Origin: an uncultured Candidatus Saccharibacteria bacterium | GTDB lineage: Bacteria > Patescibacteriota > WWE3 > UBA101185 > UBA10185 | Direction of reading: 5' to 3' | NCBI GenBank assembly: GCA_964510435.1 | Contig: CAZEBU010000002.1 | Span: 5,458 to 69,457, forward strand | Length of the DNA stretch: 64,000 nucleotides | In this document: piece after piece, positions 1 through 9,635 of the stretch | Layout of the letters: each line of letters starts with the position of its first letter | Position numbering within the stretch: position 1 is the first letter of the stretch | Notes under the pieces: generated by a model | Databases searched by the model: none | Seen by the model: only the letters and a program-made list of their open reading frames with translations | What the model was told of the DNA's origin: nothing | Made by a program: the position numbers and the translations under genes

Positions 1-180
1 AAATGGTACACCAAGTAGATACCCATTCAACATACCTTTTCCTTCAGGACATCCGACATAGGTAATACCCACTTCCCTATCACGTAAAACCCTAGTTATA
101 TTAAGCACTATCTTATCCCCTCCACCCATACTCTTTTCATCCACTTGCGCATTAAAAATTACCACCATCTCCCTTTTCAT
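1..180 (-). CDS. Hypothetical protein, partial. The N-terminal ~60 aa (MKREMVVIFNAQVDEKSMGGGDKIVLNITRVLRDREVGITYVGCPEGKGMLNGYLLGVPF...) lie in the window and the rest runs off the window start.
   Basis: Own translation of the minus strand. The ATG at 180..178 overlaps the TGA stop (179..177) of the upstream methyltransferase as ATGA coupling. The frame stays open to position 1. It is missing from the ORF track because it is truncated. Confidence 0.4.
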   Translation of the reverse strand, partial: MKREMVVIFNAQVDEKSMGGGDKIVLNITRVLRDREVGITYVGCPEGKGMLNGYLLGVPF

Positions 181-860
181 TTCTTTACTGCCTTTATAAC
201 TATAGTGGAACCCAAGGTAGGAAAAACTTTCGCTAATAATTTACTGTTTATTTTTCCTTCTATATCAAAATTAACGACTGTAGATACTGAATTCACAGTC
301 TTGAAACCATGCTCCCCCAGTAAATTTTTCATAGTAGAAAAGGTAAAGTAACGAATATGCCCGGCATCCTCACTCCCTAAGGTTGTTTCTAGTAGAGGGC
401 CTTTACCCAATAACAACATCAATCTTCTCCCCAAGGTAGCCACGTTCGGAGTTGTAATGATTAGTACTCCACCTGGTATTAGAACATGGTTAATGTTTTC
501 AAGAAAAGAGTCTGTATCGTAAATATGTTCGATAATTTCTCCTGCCACAACTAAATCAAATTTTGTTTTGACATTTTCACCCCAATTTTCCTCAAGATTA
601 AGTTTTTTAACATTTAAACCCCTCTTCCTAGCCTCTTTTACTGCGTTGCTTGATACATCAATTCCCTGCGTTTTAAACCCTAGGTTTTCCATAAGACTCA
701 TGAGATACCCACCGCCGCACCCCACATCTAGAACCGTTCCTTCCTCAGGAAGTAGCGAAATTATCACCTGAAATCTTACCTTCGTGGCTTCGTTCATATC
801 TCCTAGGTCTTTATATTTTTCAGTATTAAATTTTTCTATTAATTCACTCTTATTTTGCAT
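177..860 (-). CDS. Class I SAM-dependent methyltransferase (Methyltransf_11/12-like)
   Basis: The Gly-rich SAM-binding motif I, VLDVGCGGGY, is followed by acidic D at the end of beta2 (GIDVS) and by motif post-I/II (DLVVAGEIIEH). Length is 227 aa. Confidence 0.8.
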   Translation of the reverse strand: MQNKSELIEKFNTEKYKDLGDMNEATKVRFQVIISLLPEEGTVLDVGCGGGYLMSLMENLGFKTQGIDVSSNAVKEARKRGLNVKKLNLEENWGENVKTKFDLVVAGEIIEHIYDTDSFLENINHVLIPGGVLIITTPNVATLGRRLMLLLGKGPLLETTLGSEDAGHIRYFTFSTMKNLLGEHGFKTVNSVSTVVNFDIEGKINSKLLAKVFPTLGSTIVIKAVKK

Positions 861-1824
861 AGCCTAATAAACCTTTAATGAAACCTGATATACCTTTTAA
901 TTGATTCGCATCTCTTGTTCTTATTGCATTATAGACCCAATAAAAATTTAAGAGCAGTGTGTTCAGAAATACACCTATCACCCCTTTAAAAGATTTCGGC
1001 CTTATGTGTTTTCGATAAAATATTCCTGTGTCTAAGCCAATTATATAAGCATTTCTTGATGATCCCATTCTCAAATGGTGGTGAGAAATAACTTTAGGAT
1101 TAAAAATTACTTTATAACCTACCTTTTTTATACGGATAAACAGATCGCCGTCAGCATGATTAAAATTAAATCTAGTATCAAAACCACCTACTTCCTCTAA
1201 GACACTTATTTTTATCACCATACTTGAAGTTGTGGCTAAATCAATTTCTTGTCGAGGAAAATCTTTAGCCTCAGGTAGTGCCGCTCCTAAACTATACGCG
1301 CCGCTTTCAAATAGATTACCGGGCGCTAAGACTTTGCCTTCCATTGCAAAATGCAAGTAAGGCCAAACCAGTATTCTGAAAAATATGTTTTTCTGTGAAA
1401 TCAAGTACAAACGATGCATTTCCCCAGTAGGGTAGGTTGTTGAAATAATTGGCCCGGTAACCACCCCAATACTATCATCGCTAGTTAGTTCCTTGTGCGC
1501 GTTTTCTAGCCAGTCAGGTTCTAGTTCAACATCGTCTGCTACATAGGCGAGTAGTTCTGTTTGTGCGTTTCGCCAACCAATCTCAAAAAGATGAGATAAC
1601 TTCTTCTTGGAATCATTGATCAATTTCAGACGACTCATGTCAAAGGAATGCTTTTTAAGTAAGGGGTTGAGTCTCGACAAGTCTTTATAATTTTCCACTA
1701 ACAATACCATGTGATCATCATAGGATTGGTTAAAAATGGATTTCAAAGTTCTTGGCAACTCTTTATCTCTAAGCTTGCTTGGATATGTGTTTACTATGAA
1801 AGTGTATTTTTCTTTTATTCCCAT
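850..1824 (-). CDS. Family 2 glycosyltransferase (GT-A fold)
   Basis: N-terminal FIVNTYPSKLRDKELPRTLKSI..QSYDDHMVLLVEN and a DXD-like VADDVELEPDW are typical of GT2. It overlaps the downstream MTase by 11 nt. Confidence 0.7.
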   Translation of the reverse strand: MGIKEKYTFIVNTYPSKLRDKELPRTLKSIFNQSYDDHMVLLVENYKDLSRLNPLLKKHSFDMSRLKLINDSKKKLSHLFEIGWRNAQTELLAYVADDVELEPDWLENAHKELTSDDSIGVVTGPIISTTYPTGEMHRLYLISQKNIFFRILVWPYLHFAMEGKVLAPGNLFESGAYSLGAALPEAKDFPRQEIDLATTSSMVIKISVLEEVGGFDTRFNFNHADGDLFIRIKKVGYKVIFNPKVISHHHLRMGSSRNAYIIGLDTGIFYRKHIRPKSFKGVIGVFLNTLLLNFYWVYNAIRTRDANQLKGISGFIKGLLGYAK

Positions 1825-1883
1825 AAATCAAATGGCGATATCGTAGTCATATTTTAACATTATGGATTTGTTACTTGTTATAA

Positions 1884-2771
1884 TTGCTAAATATCAGCAT
1901 GAAAAATATTTTATTTAATGTTTTTAAGAAAGTTGTTAAGCCTCTTGAAAATAAAGGCTTATGGAAACTACCTCTAGTACCTATCATCTATGAAAAGGTC
2001 TACTCGCTTATCACCAACAATTCTGTATCTATGATTGAATATGATAACCTAAATATTTATGGTTATCACAATGATTCCGGTATGTTTCGAATCATGCAAC
2101 TCAACACGCATAACAAGTTCAAAGAGTTGGAATTATTTAAAAAACTTGTTCAAGGTACAGATTTCGTGATCGATATAGGAGCAAATATTGGAGTTAACAC
2201 TTTACTTGCTGGTAAATATATGAATAAAAATGGGGTAGTCCTTTCCTTCGAACCGAATTAAAAAAATTTCCTTATATTGAAAAGAAATGTGAATGAAAAT
2301 AATTTTAGCAATATTAAAATTTATAACCTAGCAGTAGCGGAAAAAAACAAGCAAGCAGAACTTAATATTGACAAGTATAGTTCCGGAGATCATTCGTTTT
2401 CGAAGAAGAATGTTCCAAGATACGCAAAATCCACATATGTAGAATGTACGAGTCTTGATGATTTCTTTAGTAAAAGTTACAGAAATAAAATAATAGATTT
2501 GCTCAAAATTGACACGCAAGGAGCTGAGATTTTAATTATTCAGGGAGCAAAAAAACTATTTGAGGAAAAAAGAATTAGTAAAATTTATATGGAATACTGG
2601 CCAGAGGGAATAATAAACGTGTCAGGAGAGAATAATTTACTTGATATGCTAAAGGAATACGGATTTAACATTAGCATAATTGAGGACGAGACGTATGAAC
2701 CTAAGGAATTAGATCTTGTAGACATACTACCCAACAGATATTATGACTTACTTTGTGCACTAGATTCCTAA
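1884..2771 (+). pseudogene. FkbM-family SAM-dependent methyltransferase (Methyltransf_21). It is interrupted by a single in-frame TAA at 2259-2261. ORFs 1884..2261 and 2277..2771 are in the same frame.
   Basis: The two track ORFs share frame 0. Joining them gives ...VIDIGANIGVNTLLAG...VVLSFEPN*KNFLILKRNVNENNFSNIKIYNLAVAEKNKQAELNI...LKIDTQGAEILII. That matches the FkbM consensus (DiGAniG ... afEPnpenfelLkkNl ... avsdk.g.a.l ... lKiDvEGaE) straight across the stop. Confidence 0.7.
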
Positions 2772-2780
2772 TGACTTAAA

Positions 2781-4061
2781 CTACTCATTACCAACCTGCC
2801 CTGTACCTTCCCAAACACTCTCCTTTCTAGTTCCGGGGTTAAAAATAACCCCCCCGAAAAGTCTGCTAAGAATGGGAAACGAATCTATCAGTAAATAACC
2901 CAGCACCATAAGCCTGCACGTAAATTTTTCACATTTCTTTACACTTGTTTGCGTATAGTATTCCTCATATTTCTTGATAATTTTTTCCCAAGGCATAGCT
3001 CGGGCTTTCTCCAAACCGCGATTGCTAAGTTCAGACAAAACCACGGGGTCATCAAGAAGTTTTTCAATAGTTTCCGCCAGCAATTCCGGATCCCTTGGCT
3101 CAAGCATAACACCGGTTTCCCCCACAACTTCCGGATTGGAACCACAGTTGGTAGTAAGTATCGGCGTCCCACAAGCCATGGCTTCTAAATACACCCAGCC
3201 AAATCCTTCGTACAGCGTGGGGAGTACGAATAAGTCAGCCAGGACATAGTATTTAGGTAATATAGGATTTACGTTCGAAATTTCCCCAATAAATCTCACA
3301 TAATCTTTTAATTTGTACATGAAAGCCTTATCTTCCAAAAACTTCCTTTCGACCCCATCACCCACAATTAACAGTTTAATGTTTCTAATCCTCCTCACGT
3401 TGACTAAAATATGCATAGCTTCAATAAGTGTAATGAGATTTTTTCTGGGATCTAGTCTACAAACAGTTAGTAGCACTTTTGTATCTTCGTTCCGTTTGTA
3501 TTTTTCCGCTAATTCATCAACTTCCAGATGAGGATTAAATCTCTCCAAATCAATACCTTTAGAGATCACTCGTGCTGAATAACCATATTTTTTACTTTGC
3601 TCATTCATAAAGTGTGTTACATGCACTACCCCATCAGCTCTTTTCCCTTCTAGTAATTCCAAGGGCGTATCGCCAGCCAAACAAATAACATAAGGGATAC
3701 CAAAAAATAACTTTATAAACCTCGCCAACAAGGCCTCTAATGAAAAATGTATGGAAATTACGTCAAACCTCTCACCCTTAATGTAAATTTGCACAAACTT
3801 TACAAAACTTTTTAGTAAAAATAAGAAGGCATAAAAAATCCCAAAGAATCCGTACGAATAATACCCTTTTGGGGATTTAAGAAAATGAGTTTTTATTCCT
3901 CTAATACCCTGTAAAGCATTCCCTTGCGTGGTTATTACAGTAACACTGTGTCCCCTTTTGACCGTCCAGTGAATAAAATCCTTCATAAAAGTTTCGTTGC
4001 CGCCCTCGTTGTAGCCAAGCCACCTATTTATTAATAAGATGTTTAATTTCTTATTTTGCAT
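2781..4061 (-). CDS. GT4-family glycosyltransferase (GT-B fold, retaining)
   Basis: The C-terminal domain carries the canonical EX7E region PTLYEGFGWVYLEAMACGTPILTTNCGSNPEVV. Length is 426 aa with an unusual hydrophobic C-terminal tail. Confidence 0.85.
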   Translation of the reverse strand: MQNKKLNILLINRWLGYNEGGNETFMKDFIHWTVKRGHSVTVITTQGNALQGIRGIKTHFLKSPKGYYSYGFFGIFYAFLFLLKSFVKFVQIYIKGERFDVISIHFSLEALLARFIKLFFGIPYVICLAGDTPLELLEGKRADGVVHVTHFMNEQSKKYGYSARVISKGIDLERFNPHLEVDELAEKYKRNEDTKVLLTVCRLDPRKNLITLIEAMHILVNVRRIRNIKLLIVGDGVERKFLEDKAFMYKLKDYVRFIGEISNVNPILPKYYVLADLFVLPTLYEGFGWVYLEAMACGTPILTTNCGSNPEVVGETGVMLEPRDPELLAETIEKLLDDPVVLSELSNRGLEKARAMPWEKIIKKYEEYYTQTSVKKCEKFTCRLMVLGYLLIDSFPILSRLFGGVIFNPGTRKESVWEGTGQVGNE

Positions 4062-7000
4062 AGTTTTTTAAGCAAAGTAATTATATTGTAACTAATGAGA
4101 AGAGTATAAAGTAAGACAGAAAAATACAACCAAACTCTAGATAATTTAGCTGGAGAGAATTCAATGATAATTTCTTTTGCGCCCCCCAGTACATTCTCAT
4201 CCAAAATCCAGGAATTAGCATAACCGTTAGCCACAAAGTGTGGTGCAAAGATTTCTTGTCCTTCTTCATCGTATAGTTTCCACTCCGAATTGAACTGCTG
4301 GTTAAGGATGAGTACGTGATTTCCAAACAAGCTGCCAAGATTACCCACACGATATTTAGTAAGGGATTCTTCCTTAAAATCAGGCTGAACCTCTAAAGAT
4401 CTAATTTCCGGGATAATATTTTCATAATATATGGCCGGAAGCTGTTTTATACCAAAATTGAAGTCCTTCAGCTTGTAACCTTGGCTATCGGATATATTAA
4501 AGAGTAGAATGTAAAAACCCTTTGTGGCAACATCAGACTGCAATAGTCTCGTTACGGCAAACAATTTATCAGCTATCTCCTCGGGATTAGTCGGTACCAG
4601 AAAATAAGCTAGTCGCCTTCCCTTTTGGTAATTATCTCTTTTTGCACCAACCAGATACTCATCTTTAAGACTATCGTACTCTTCAATAATGGCTATGCCC
4701 ACACTCGGTTCCATTTTGTCGTATTTAAAGGAAAATTCATAGTTCAGAGAAGGAACTGTCTCTTCTACCTTAAAATAAGCTACATTATCCATTTCGTCTA
4801 CAAATGAGCTCTGCTCTGTAGTTTGCAAACTGAATCTGGTCAGCGCCACCAATGATTTCAATAACTGGTCATCGTTTACCTTTTCGGACGTAAATAATGT
4901 GGAACTAAGAAAGTCGCCATAATCAATAAGTGCTATATCTTCAGAATCAAAATCGTATATCTCAATTAACTTATCGCTGTCAAGTGATTCGGCACTCTTG
5001 ATAATTTCATAATCGGAAACATGAGACATGATAAGCTCACCCAAACCATCTTCATCAAAGTAGTAACAAATTCCCTGGCAAACTGTCGTATTACCTAAAA
5101 GCCACTCTTTAAAATCATCAAACAATAACCTCCCGCCCTCCTCCGTATAGCTAATGTCTTTATACATTTTGAAATTATGCTTTGCAAAAACGGTGTCGGC
5201 ATAGTTCACATGCGTAAATAGATCCTGAATAAGCAAAAAGTACTTTAAATCACGCTCCTCAAGAGGCACAGCAGAAAATACTTCCTGCATTTTTTGGTAA
5301 TTATCCACATATTCCTTGAAAGAAATCTCAGTGTCAGCTTCTTCGTGTAAAACAACTTCAGCTAATCTACGCGAATTATTATTGATAAGCAAACTATATG
5401 CCTCCCTATAACTACTGGCGTTCTCCACTCGTGATCTTTCTTTCTTCAGGTTAAGTTGGTACGAAAAAAGATTGCTGGGAGGCTGTACGTACCTGGGTAA
5501 TGAAAAACCTGCGGGCTTCATGTTGTTTAGATCAACGGAATAGTATCTTTTAGGAAAAACCAAGCGTGGGTATCCCTCCGAATTTGCTAAGTTTTCATCA
5601 AGCAAAACATCATACTCATCCATATAGCTTAGTAAAGTGTCATACGTGTAAACCCGCTTTTCGTTGGTGAATATAAAGTTATTGCTCAGTTTTATTTTTT
5701 GCGAAGGATCCACTACTTCGAATATGGCCACACGATCTGAAGTGTAACCTAGAGACTCCCTTGTAACCTCCCTAAACAAGTTTGACGCACTTACCTTATC
5801 AAAAAGATACCAGTAGTCAGGGCTCATCTTATCAAAATAAAAAACCAGATACTGCACATCCAGTTTTTTCATGATCGTCTCCACGGAATCGTCAAATTCC
5901 TCCATTAACTTGCGCACGAAGCCGGCATAGAAGGTATTGGAAACGTCGGTATCCTTTCCGGTAATTTTCACAAACCCCTGCGCAGGTGTTATATCGTAAA
6001 AGGACGATTGGAATCCTCTGTACTCACCATGAAACTCTTTCCTGCTAAAATCTTCTGAGCTTGAGGTAATGGGAACTTTTAAAACTTTGCTTTTAATGTC
6101 TTTTTTAAACAAGAAATTTTCTACATCTATATAGTCATGGGCATACTCAAAGGTACGCAGCTTAATATTTTCGATTTCTCCCTTGTCTTCGTATAATTTC
6201 CATAAAATGAAGGGGTTAGCGTTGAGAATTACTAACAATACGCTGAGATAGAAGATTTTACGGTTTTTCTTGTAAAAATAGTGTAAAAAGGCCGCCATAA
6301 AAATAGCACTAACCAAAGAAAGTAAAGCAATATTCCTCCCGGGATCTCTAATGATGTTGGTAAAGGGAAGCTTTGACAACCTGTACGAACCTAGCATTAA
6401 AAGTGTAAATGGGTACAAAGTTATAAAAAGCAAGCTAATTTTATGAATATTTCTTAATACTTTTACTTTGACGGCACTAAAAATGACAATTAAAACTCCG
6501 ACAAATGAGATGAGAGTCAAAAACTTCAAATACGAAGATTCGTAAGAATAATTAAAAATAGTTCCCCAACCACGCACAATATTTTGCAGTTGAAATCTAG
6601 TCCACATCCCCAAACTTACTGAACTAAGCACGTTATCCGAACCGAATACCTTGGGATCTTTAAAAGTAAATAGATTTATCAACCAGTAAAGATTAAGCGC
6701 TATTAAAAACACGTGCAGCAAAAAGGAATAAATAAGATATCTTCTTAGAAGCTTCTTCTCTCTAAGAAAACTAAGTCCCAATGCAAGTATAGTTATTGAG
6801 TACCAGACTATGGTCGTGGAGTTGGCTAAGGCTAGTGAATAAATAAGCAGACAGACTATCAGATACGCTACTTTATTTTCCCGCACAGACCTTAAAAATA
6901 GCAAGATAAACAAGGGCAGCACGGACATGGAAAAAAGCATGTAGTCCCAACCAATAACCGTAAAATTAAACATGAAAGGTGATGTTTGAAAAATAAAACC

Positions 7001-7390
7001 ACCAATAAACGAGGATGTCTTGTTTAAGCCAAAATATCTCAGAAGATGATACATACTTAAGCCAGCTGCAACGAAATAAGCCAGTAAAATTAGCTTTGAG
7101 ATAAAAGCTCCGCTTAAACCTAGCTTAAAGATCAGATTAATTAAAAAAATAAAAGGCAGAGACGACCGTACCGGCTCATAACCACCGATCAAGGAAAAAT
7201 TCCTCCAGGGGGAAAGGGCACTTTGTAACCACAAATCGCTTTGCAGCTTGGTATAAGGAAAAGACCAATCACCACCAACTATAATACCTTTGGATAAAAA
7301 TGCCGGTAATAAAAAAAATAGGCTGATAAATAGGAAGAGTAGAGCTGCAATTAACTTATCGTTTTTATAAATTTTTCTCTTTATATCCAT
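4043..7390 (-). CDS. Large (1115 aa) polytopic membrane protein. About 400 aa of N-terminal TM helices are followed by a ~650 aa extracytoplasmic domain and a C-terminal TM anchor. It is a putative GT-C-type glycosyltransferase with YfhO/AftD-like architecture.
   Basis: There are many hydrophobic segments in the first 400 aa (LIAALLFLFISLFFLLPAFL, LILLAYFVAAGLSMY, ...). A long hydrophilic domain follows, and the terminal helix is VWLYFSVLLYTLLISYNIITLL. The family assignment is inferred from architecture only. Confidence 0.6.
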   Translation of the reverse strand: MDIKRKIYKNDKLIAALLFLFISLFFLLPAFLSKGIIVGGDWSFPYTKLQSDLWLQSALSPWRNFSLIGGYEPVRSSLPFIFLINLIFKLGLSGAFISKLILLAYFVAAGLSMYHLLRYFGLNKTSSFIGGFIFQTSPFMFNFTVIGWDYMLFSMSVLPLFILLFLRSVRENKVAYLIVCLLIYSLALANSTTIVWYSITILALGLSFLREKKLLRRYLIYSFLLHVFLIALNLYWLINLFTFKDPKVFGSDNVLSSVSLGMWTRFQLQNIVRGWGTIFNYSYESSYLKFLTLISFVGVLIVIFSAVKVKVLRNIHKISLLFITLYPFTLLMLGSYRLSKLPFTNIIRDPGRNIALLSLVSAIFMAAFLHYFYKKNRKIFYLSVLLVILNANPFILWKLYEDKGEIENIKLRTFEYAHDYIDVENFLFKKDIKSKVLKVPITSSSEDFSRKEFHGEYRGFQSSFYDITPAQGFVKITGKDTDVSNTFYAGFVRKLMEEFDDSVETIMKKLDVQYLVFYFDKMSPDYWYLFDKVSASNLFREVTRESLGYTSDRVAIFEVVDPSQKIKLSNNFIFTNEKRVYTYDTLLSYMDEYDVLLDENLANSEGYPRLVFPKRYYSVDLNNMKPAGFSLPRYVQPPSNLFSYQLNLKKERSRVENASSYREAYSLLINNNSRRLAEVVLHEEADTEISFKEYVDNYQKMQEVFSAVPLEERDLKYFLLIQDLFTHVNYADTVFAKHNFKMYKDISYTEEGGRLLFDDFKEWLLGNTTVCQGICYYFDEDGLGELIMSHVSDYEIIKSAESLDSDKLIEIYDFDSEDIALIDYGDFLSSTLFTSEKVNDDQLLKSLVALTRFSLQTTEQSSFVDEMDNVAYFKVEETVPSLNYEFSFKYDKMEPSVGIAIIEEYDSLKDEYLVGAKRDNYQKGRRLAYFLVPTNPEEIADKLFAVTRLLQSDVATKGFYILLFNISDSQGYKLKDFNFGIKQLPAIYYENIIPEIRSLEVQPDFKEESLTKYRVGNLGSLFGNHVLILNQQFNSEWKLYDEEGQEIFAPHFVANGYANSWILDENVLGGAKEIIIEFSPAKLSRVWLYFSVLLYTLLISYNIITLLKKLCKIRN
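4081..4350 (-). other. Track ORF, probably spurious. It lies inside the 1115-aa gene in another frame.
   Basis: It overlaps the 3' part of 4043..7390 on the same strand in a different frame, and there is no recognisable domain. Confidence 0.1.
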
Positions 7391-7405
7391 GACCCAGGAG
7401 TATCG

Positions 7406-8560
7406 CTAAAGATAACTTTTTAAGACCCTGACCATATTTTTAGCTATCTTGTGATGATTAAATACATTATTAGCAGTTTTCAAGCCACCTTTGACAAGTT
7501 TTTCATAAATATCCGTATTTTCATATAGGTAATCCATTTTCTCAGCTAGATCCTTAGCATCATCGGGTTCATAATAAACAGCGTTTTTTTTATCTTCTAT
7601 CACTTTCTCAAAAGCAGCTAATTTAGGAACTAAGGTAGGTTTTTTATAGGCCCAATTCTCTAAAAGGCAGGTGGTGACCACAAAATTATTAGCCATATTA
7701 GAACTTCTCATAACAACACTGACCTGTACTTCTCTCATTAGCTTGGCTAGTTTTTCATGGTTATACCAACCGGTAAAAGTAACATTTCTTAGCTTGATCT
7801 TTTTGGCATAAGATTTTATGGCTTCTTCTTCCCCTCCTCCACCGGCTATAATTAACCCCACATCCTTATGCTTTTTTTTAAATATTTTAAAGGCGTCAAA
7901 CAAAGTCTCCAGACCTTTGCACTTTAGCAAAGATCCGTGAAACATAATTTTCTTTGTTCTCGGCACCGCAATATCCGAAAAATCGGTATTTTTTAAATTG
8001 ATACTTTCCTGCACATAGGTAATTTTTTTCTTATCAACTCCTTGTTCAATAATATATTTTTTAAAGGGCTCACTGATAGCTACTACACCGTCCAATTTCT
8101 TCCACATTATCACCTCAATTTTTAAAGCTATCTTAAAAAGCATGGGATATGTATCCGCCAGGGAATAACCCGTTTGCAAGTCTCCCAGTCGAATGACTAC
8201 TTTAGATCTAGGGCTGATCATCTTGGCAATGAATCCGTAGTACGGTACCGAATCATCACAGTAAACAAGGTTAAAATTATATTTTTTCTGTAAAGATCGC
8301 ACGTAAAACGGTGCGAGAACGATCCAAAGGTAGGTTTTCCTCACTTTGTCCGAATGGTCACTCCTGTCAAAGGTAAACGGAAGCCTAATATACTCCAGAC
8401 CTTCCATCTCCTTGGGATATTTTTCCTCTTCCTTATAAGTAAGATAGTAAACTTCATAGTCGTTTCTTATTAATTCACGAAGAAACTCCATAAATGACGC
8501 ATTTGTTCCAACTACCTGTCTAGGGGGGTATCTATGTAAAACCAGTATTCTCTTCTTCAT
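7406..8560 (-). CDS. GT4-family glycosyltransferase
   Basis: The GT-B C-terminal domain is present (IMFHGSLLKCKGLETLFDAFKIF...GLIIAGGGGEEE...). The likely true start is MKKRILVLH at 8560, giving a 4-nt ATGA overlap with the upstream epimerase. The track ORF start at 8611 is an N-terminal over-extension. Confidence 0.85.
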   Translation of the reverse strand: MKKRILVLHRYPPRQVVGTNASFMEFLRELIRNDYEVYYLTYKEEEKYPKEMEGLEYIRLPFTFDRSDHSDKVRKTYLWIVLAPFYVRSLQKKYNFNLVYCDDSVPYYGFIAKMISPRSKVVIRLGDLQTGYSLADTYPMLFKIALKIEVIMWKKLDGVVAISEPFKKYIIEQGVDKKKITYVQESINLKNTDFSDIAVPRTKKIMFHGSLLKCKGLETLFDAFKIFKKKHKDVGLIIAGGGGEEEAIKSYAKKIKLRNVTFTGWYNHEKLAKLMREVQVSVVMRSSNMANNFVVTTCLLENWAYKKPTLVPKLAAFEKVIEDKKNAVYYEPDDAKDLAEKMDYLYENTDIYEKLVKGGLKTANNVFNHHKIAKNMVRVLKSYL

Positions 8561-9594
8561 GCATGCTCTCCAAGGTGCTCTTGTATGAGATTGGTGTTGG
8601 TGATGATCCAATCAGCCATTTTCTCCACACCTTCCTGTGGTATCGTTTTGGGTTCCCAGTCAAGTTCATCCTTAATTTTTGAGACATCTGATATGTAGAC
8701 AGGTTGATCCCCGGGTCGCCATTCGTCAAACTTATAGTCTATTTTCTTTTCCAGAAGACCCTCCAGCATCTCCAATAACTCCAGCAACGATAGGGTGTTG
8801 TTTGGCCCTCCTCCCACGTTGTAAATTTCTCCCGAAACTTTATCGATGTTTTTTGTTGCTAAATCCCAAGCTTCAAATAAATCATCGGCGTATAAAACAT
8901 CTCTCACCTGCATTCCATCACCAAAAATGGTTATCGGCTTACCTAGTTGAGCAGCAATCGTAAACCAGGCAACCCAACCCTGGTCTTCGATACCAAACTG
9001 TCTTTTACCATAAATGCAAGACTGTCTCATAACTACTGATCTAAGATCATACATTCTGGAAAAATCGCGTACATACTGATCCGCTGCACCTTTGGAACAT
9101 CCATACGGGGAATGAAAATCCAACAATCTATCTTCAGAAATACCTTTAGGTAAATCTTTAAAAACGTAGCGATGACCCTCTTTAACAATTTCAATCTCAG
9201 ACATTCCTCCATAAACCTTATTAGTTGAGGAATAAATAATCAGGGGTTTTCTCTCCGACCTGCGAATAGCCTCCAAAACATTAATCGTACCTAGAGCATT
9301 GGTGTCAAAGTCATCTTTGGGGTATTCATAAGAAGTTGTAACAGCCACCTGCCCGGCCAAGTGATAAACAGCATCTACCTGTTCTATTAAATTTCGCATT
9401 TTGTCAAAATCCACTCTTATATCAGCATGCACAAATTTCACTTTAGGGTATTTTTCCTGGAGATAAATAAGATTGGCCACGGCTCCTTTTCGGGAAAGAT
9501 TATCCAGCAAGATAACTTCCTCACTGCGATCCAATAGTTTTTCAGCAAAATTCGTACCTGTAAATCCGCAACCGCCTGTTAGCAAATATTTCAT
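8557..9594 (-). CDS. NAD-dependent sugar-nucleotide epimerase/dehydratase (extended SDR; CDP-paratose-2-epimerase / UDP-glucose-4-epimerase-like)
   Basis: There is an N-terminal Rossmann motif LLTGGCGFTGTNFAEKLL and a catalytic region YSSTNKVYG plus Y..K. Length is 345 aa. Confidence 0.85.
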   Translation of the reverse strand: MKYLLTGGCGFTGTNFAEKLLDRSEEVILLDNLSRKGAVANLIYLQEKYPKVKFVHADIRVDFDKMRNLIEQVDAVYHLAGQVAVTTSYEYPKDDFDTNALGTINVLEAIRRSERKPLIIYSSTNKVYGGMSEIEIVKEGHRYVFKDLPKGISEDRLLDFHSPYGCSKGAADQYVRDFSRMYDLRSVVMRQSCIYGKRQFGIEDQGWVAWFTIAAQLGKPITIFGDGMQVRDVLYADDLFEAWDLATKNIDKVSGEIYNVGGGPNNTLSLLELLEMLEGLLEKKIDYKFDEWRPGDQPVYISDVSKIKDELDWEPKTIPQEGVEKMADWIITNTNLIQEHLGEHA

Positions 9595-9635
9595 AACTGA
9601 TAAACATCCTACCCGATTTTTTGGAAATGTTAAAA

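Noticed and set aside
145-351. Plus-strand ORFs antisense to real genes
   Set aside because: These ORFs all overlap well-supported minus-strand genes in antisense. Examples are 145..351, 568..771, 2949..3249, 13478..13801, 16540..16767, 27334..27543, 32554..32874, 35402..35866, 37658..38002, 38354..38803, 44480..44851, 46809..47207, 47678..48022, 50314..50835, 52739..53383 and 55992..56713. They have low-complexity, Ser/Leu-rich translations and no start context. They are spurious ORFs.
2259-2261. TAA used as a sense codon (genetic-code reassignment) to explain the interrupted FkbM methyltransferase
   Set aside because: Clear TAA terminations of highly conserved genes in the same window end exactly at expected protein C-termini. 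Examples are tuf at 47236-47238, lepB at 58570-58572 and the 61647 ORF. The standard code therefore applies. A nonsense mutation or sequencing error is more parsimonious.
8561-8611. N-terminal extension of the GT4 gene (MDHHQHQSHTRAPWRAC...) overlapping the epimerase by 55 nt
   Set aside because: The extension is antisense-free but runs into the 3' end of the upstream gene. The internal Met (MKKRILVLH) gives the common ATGA 4-nt overlap and a normal GT4 N-terminus. The same reasoning applies to the 9473 start of the 762-aa membrane ORF and the 44272 start of rplV.
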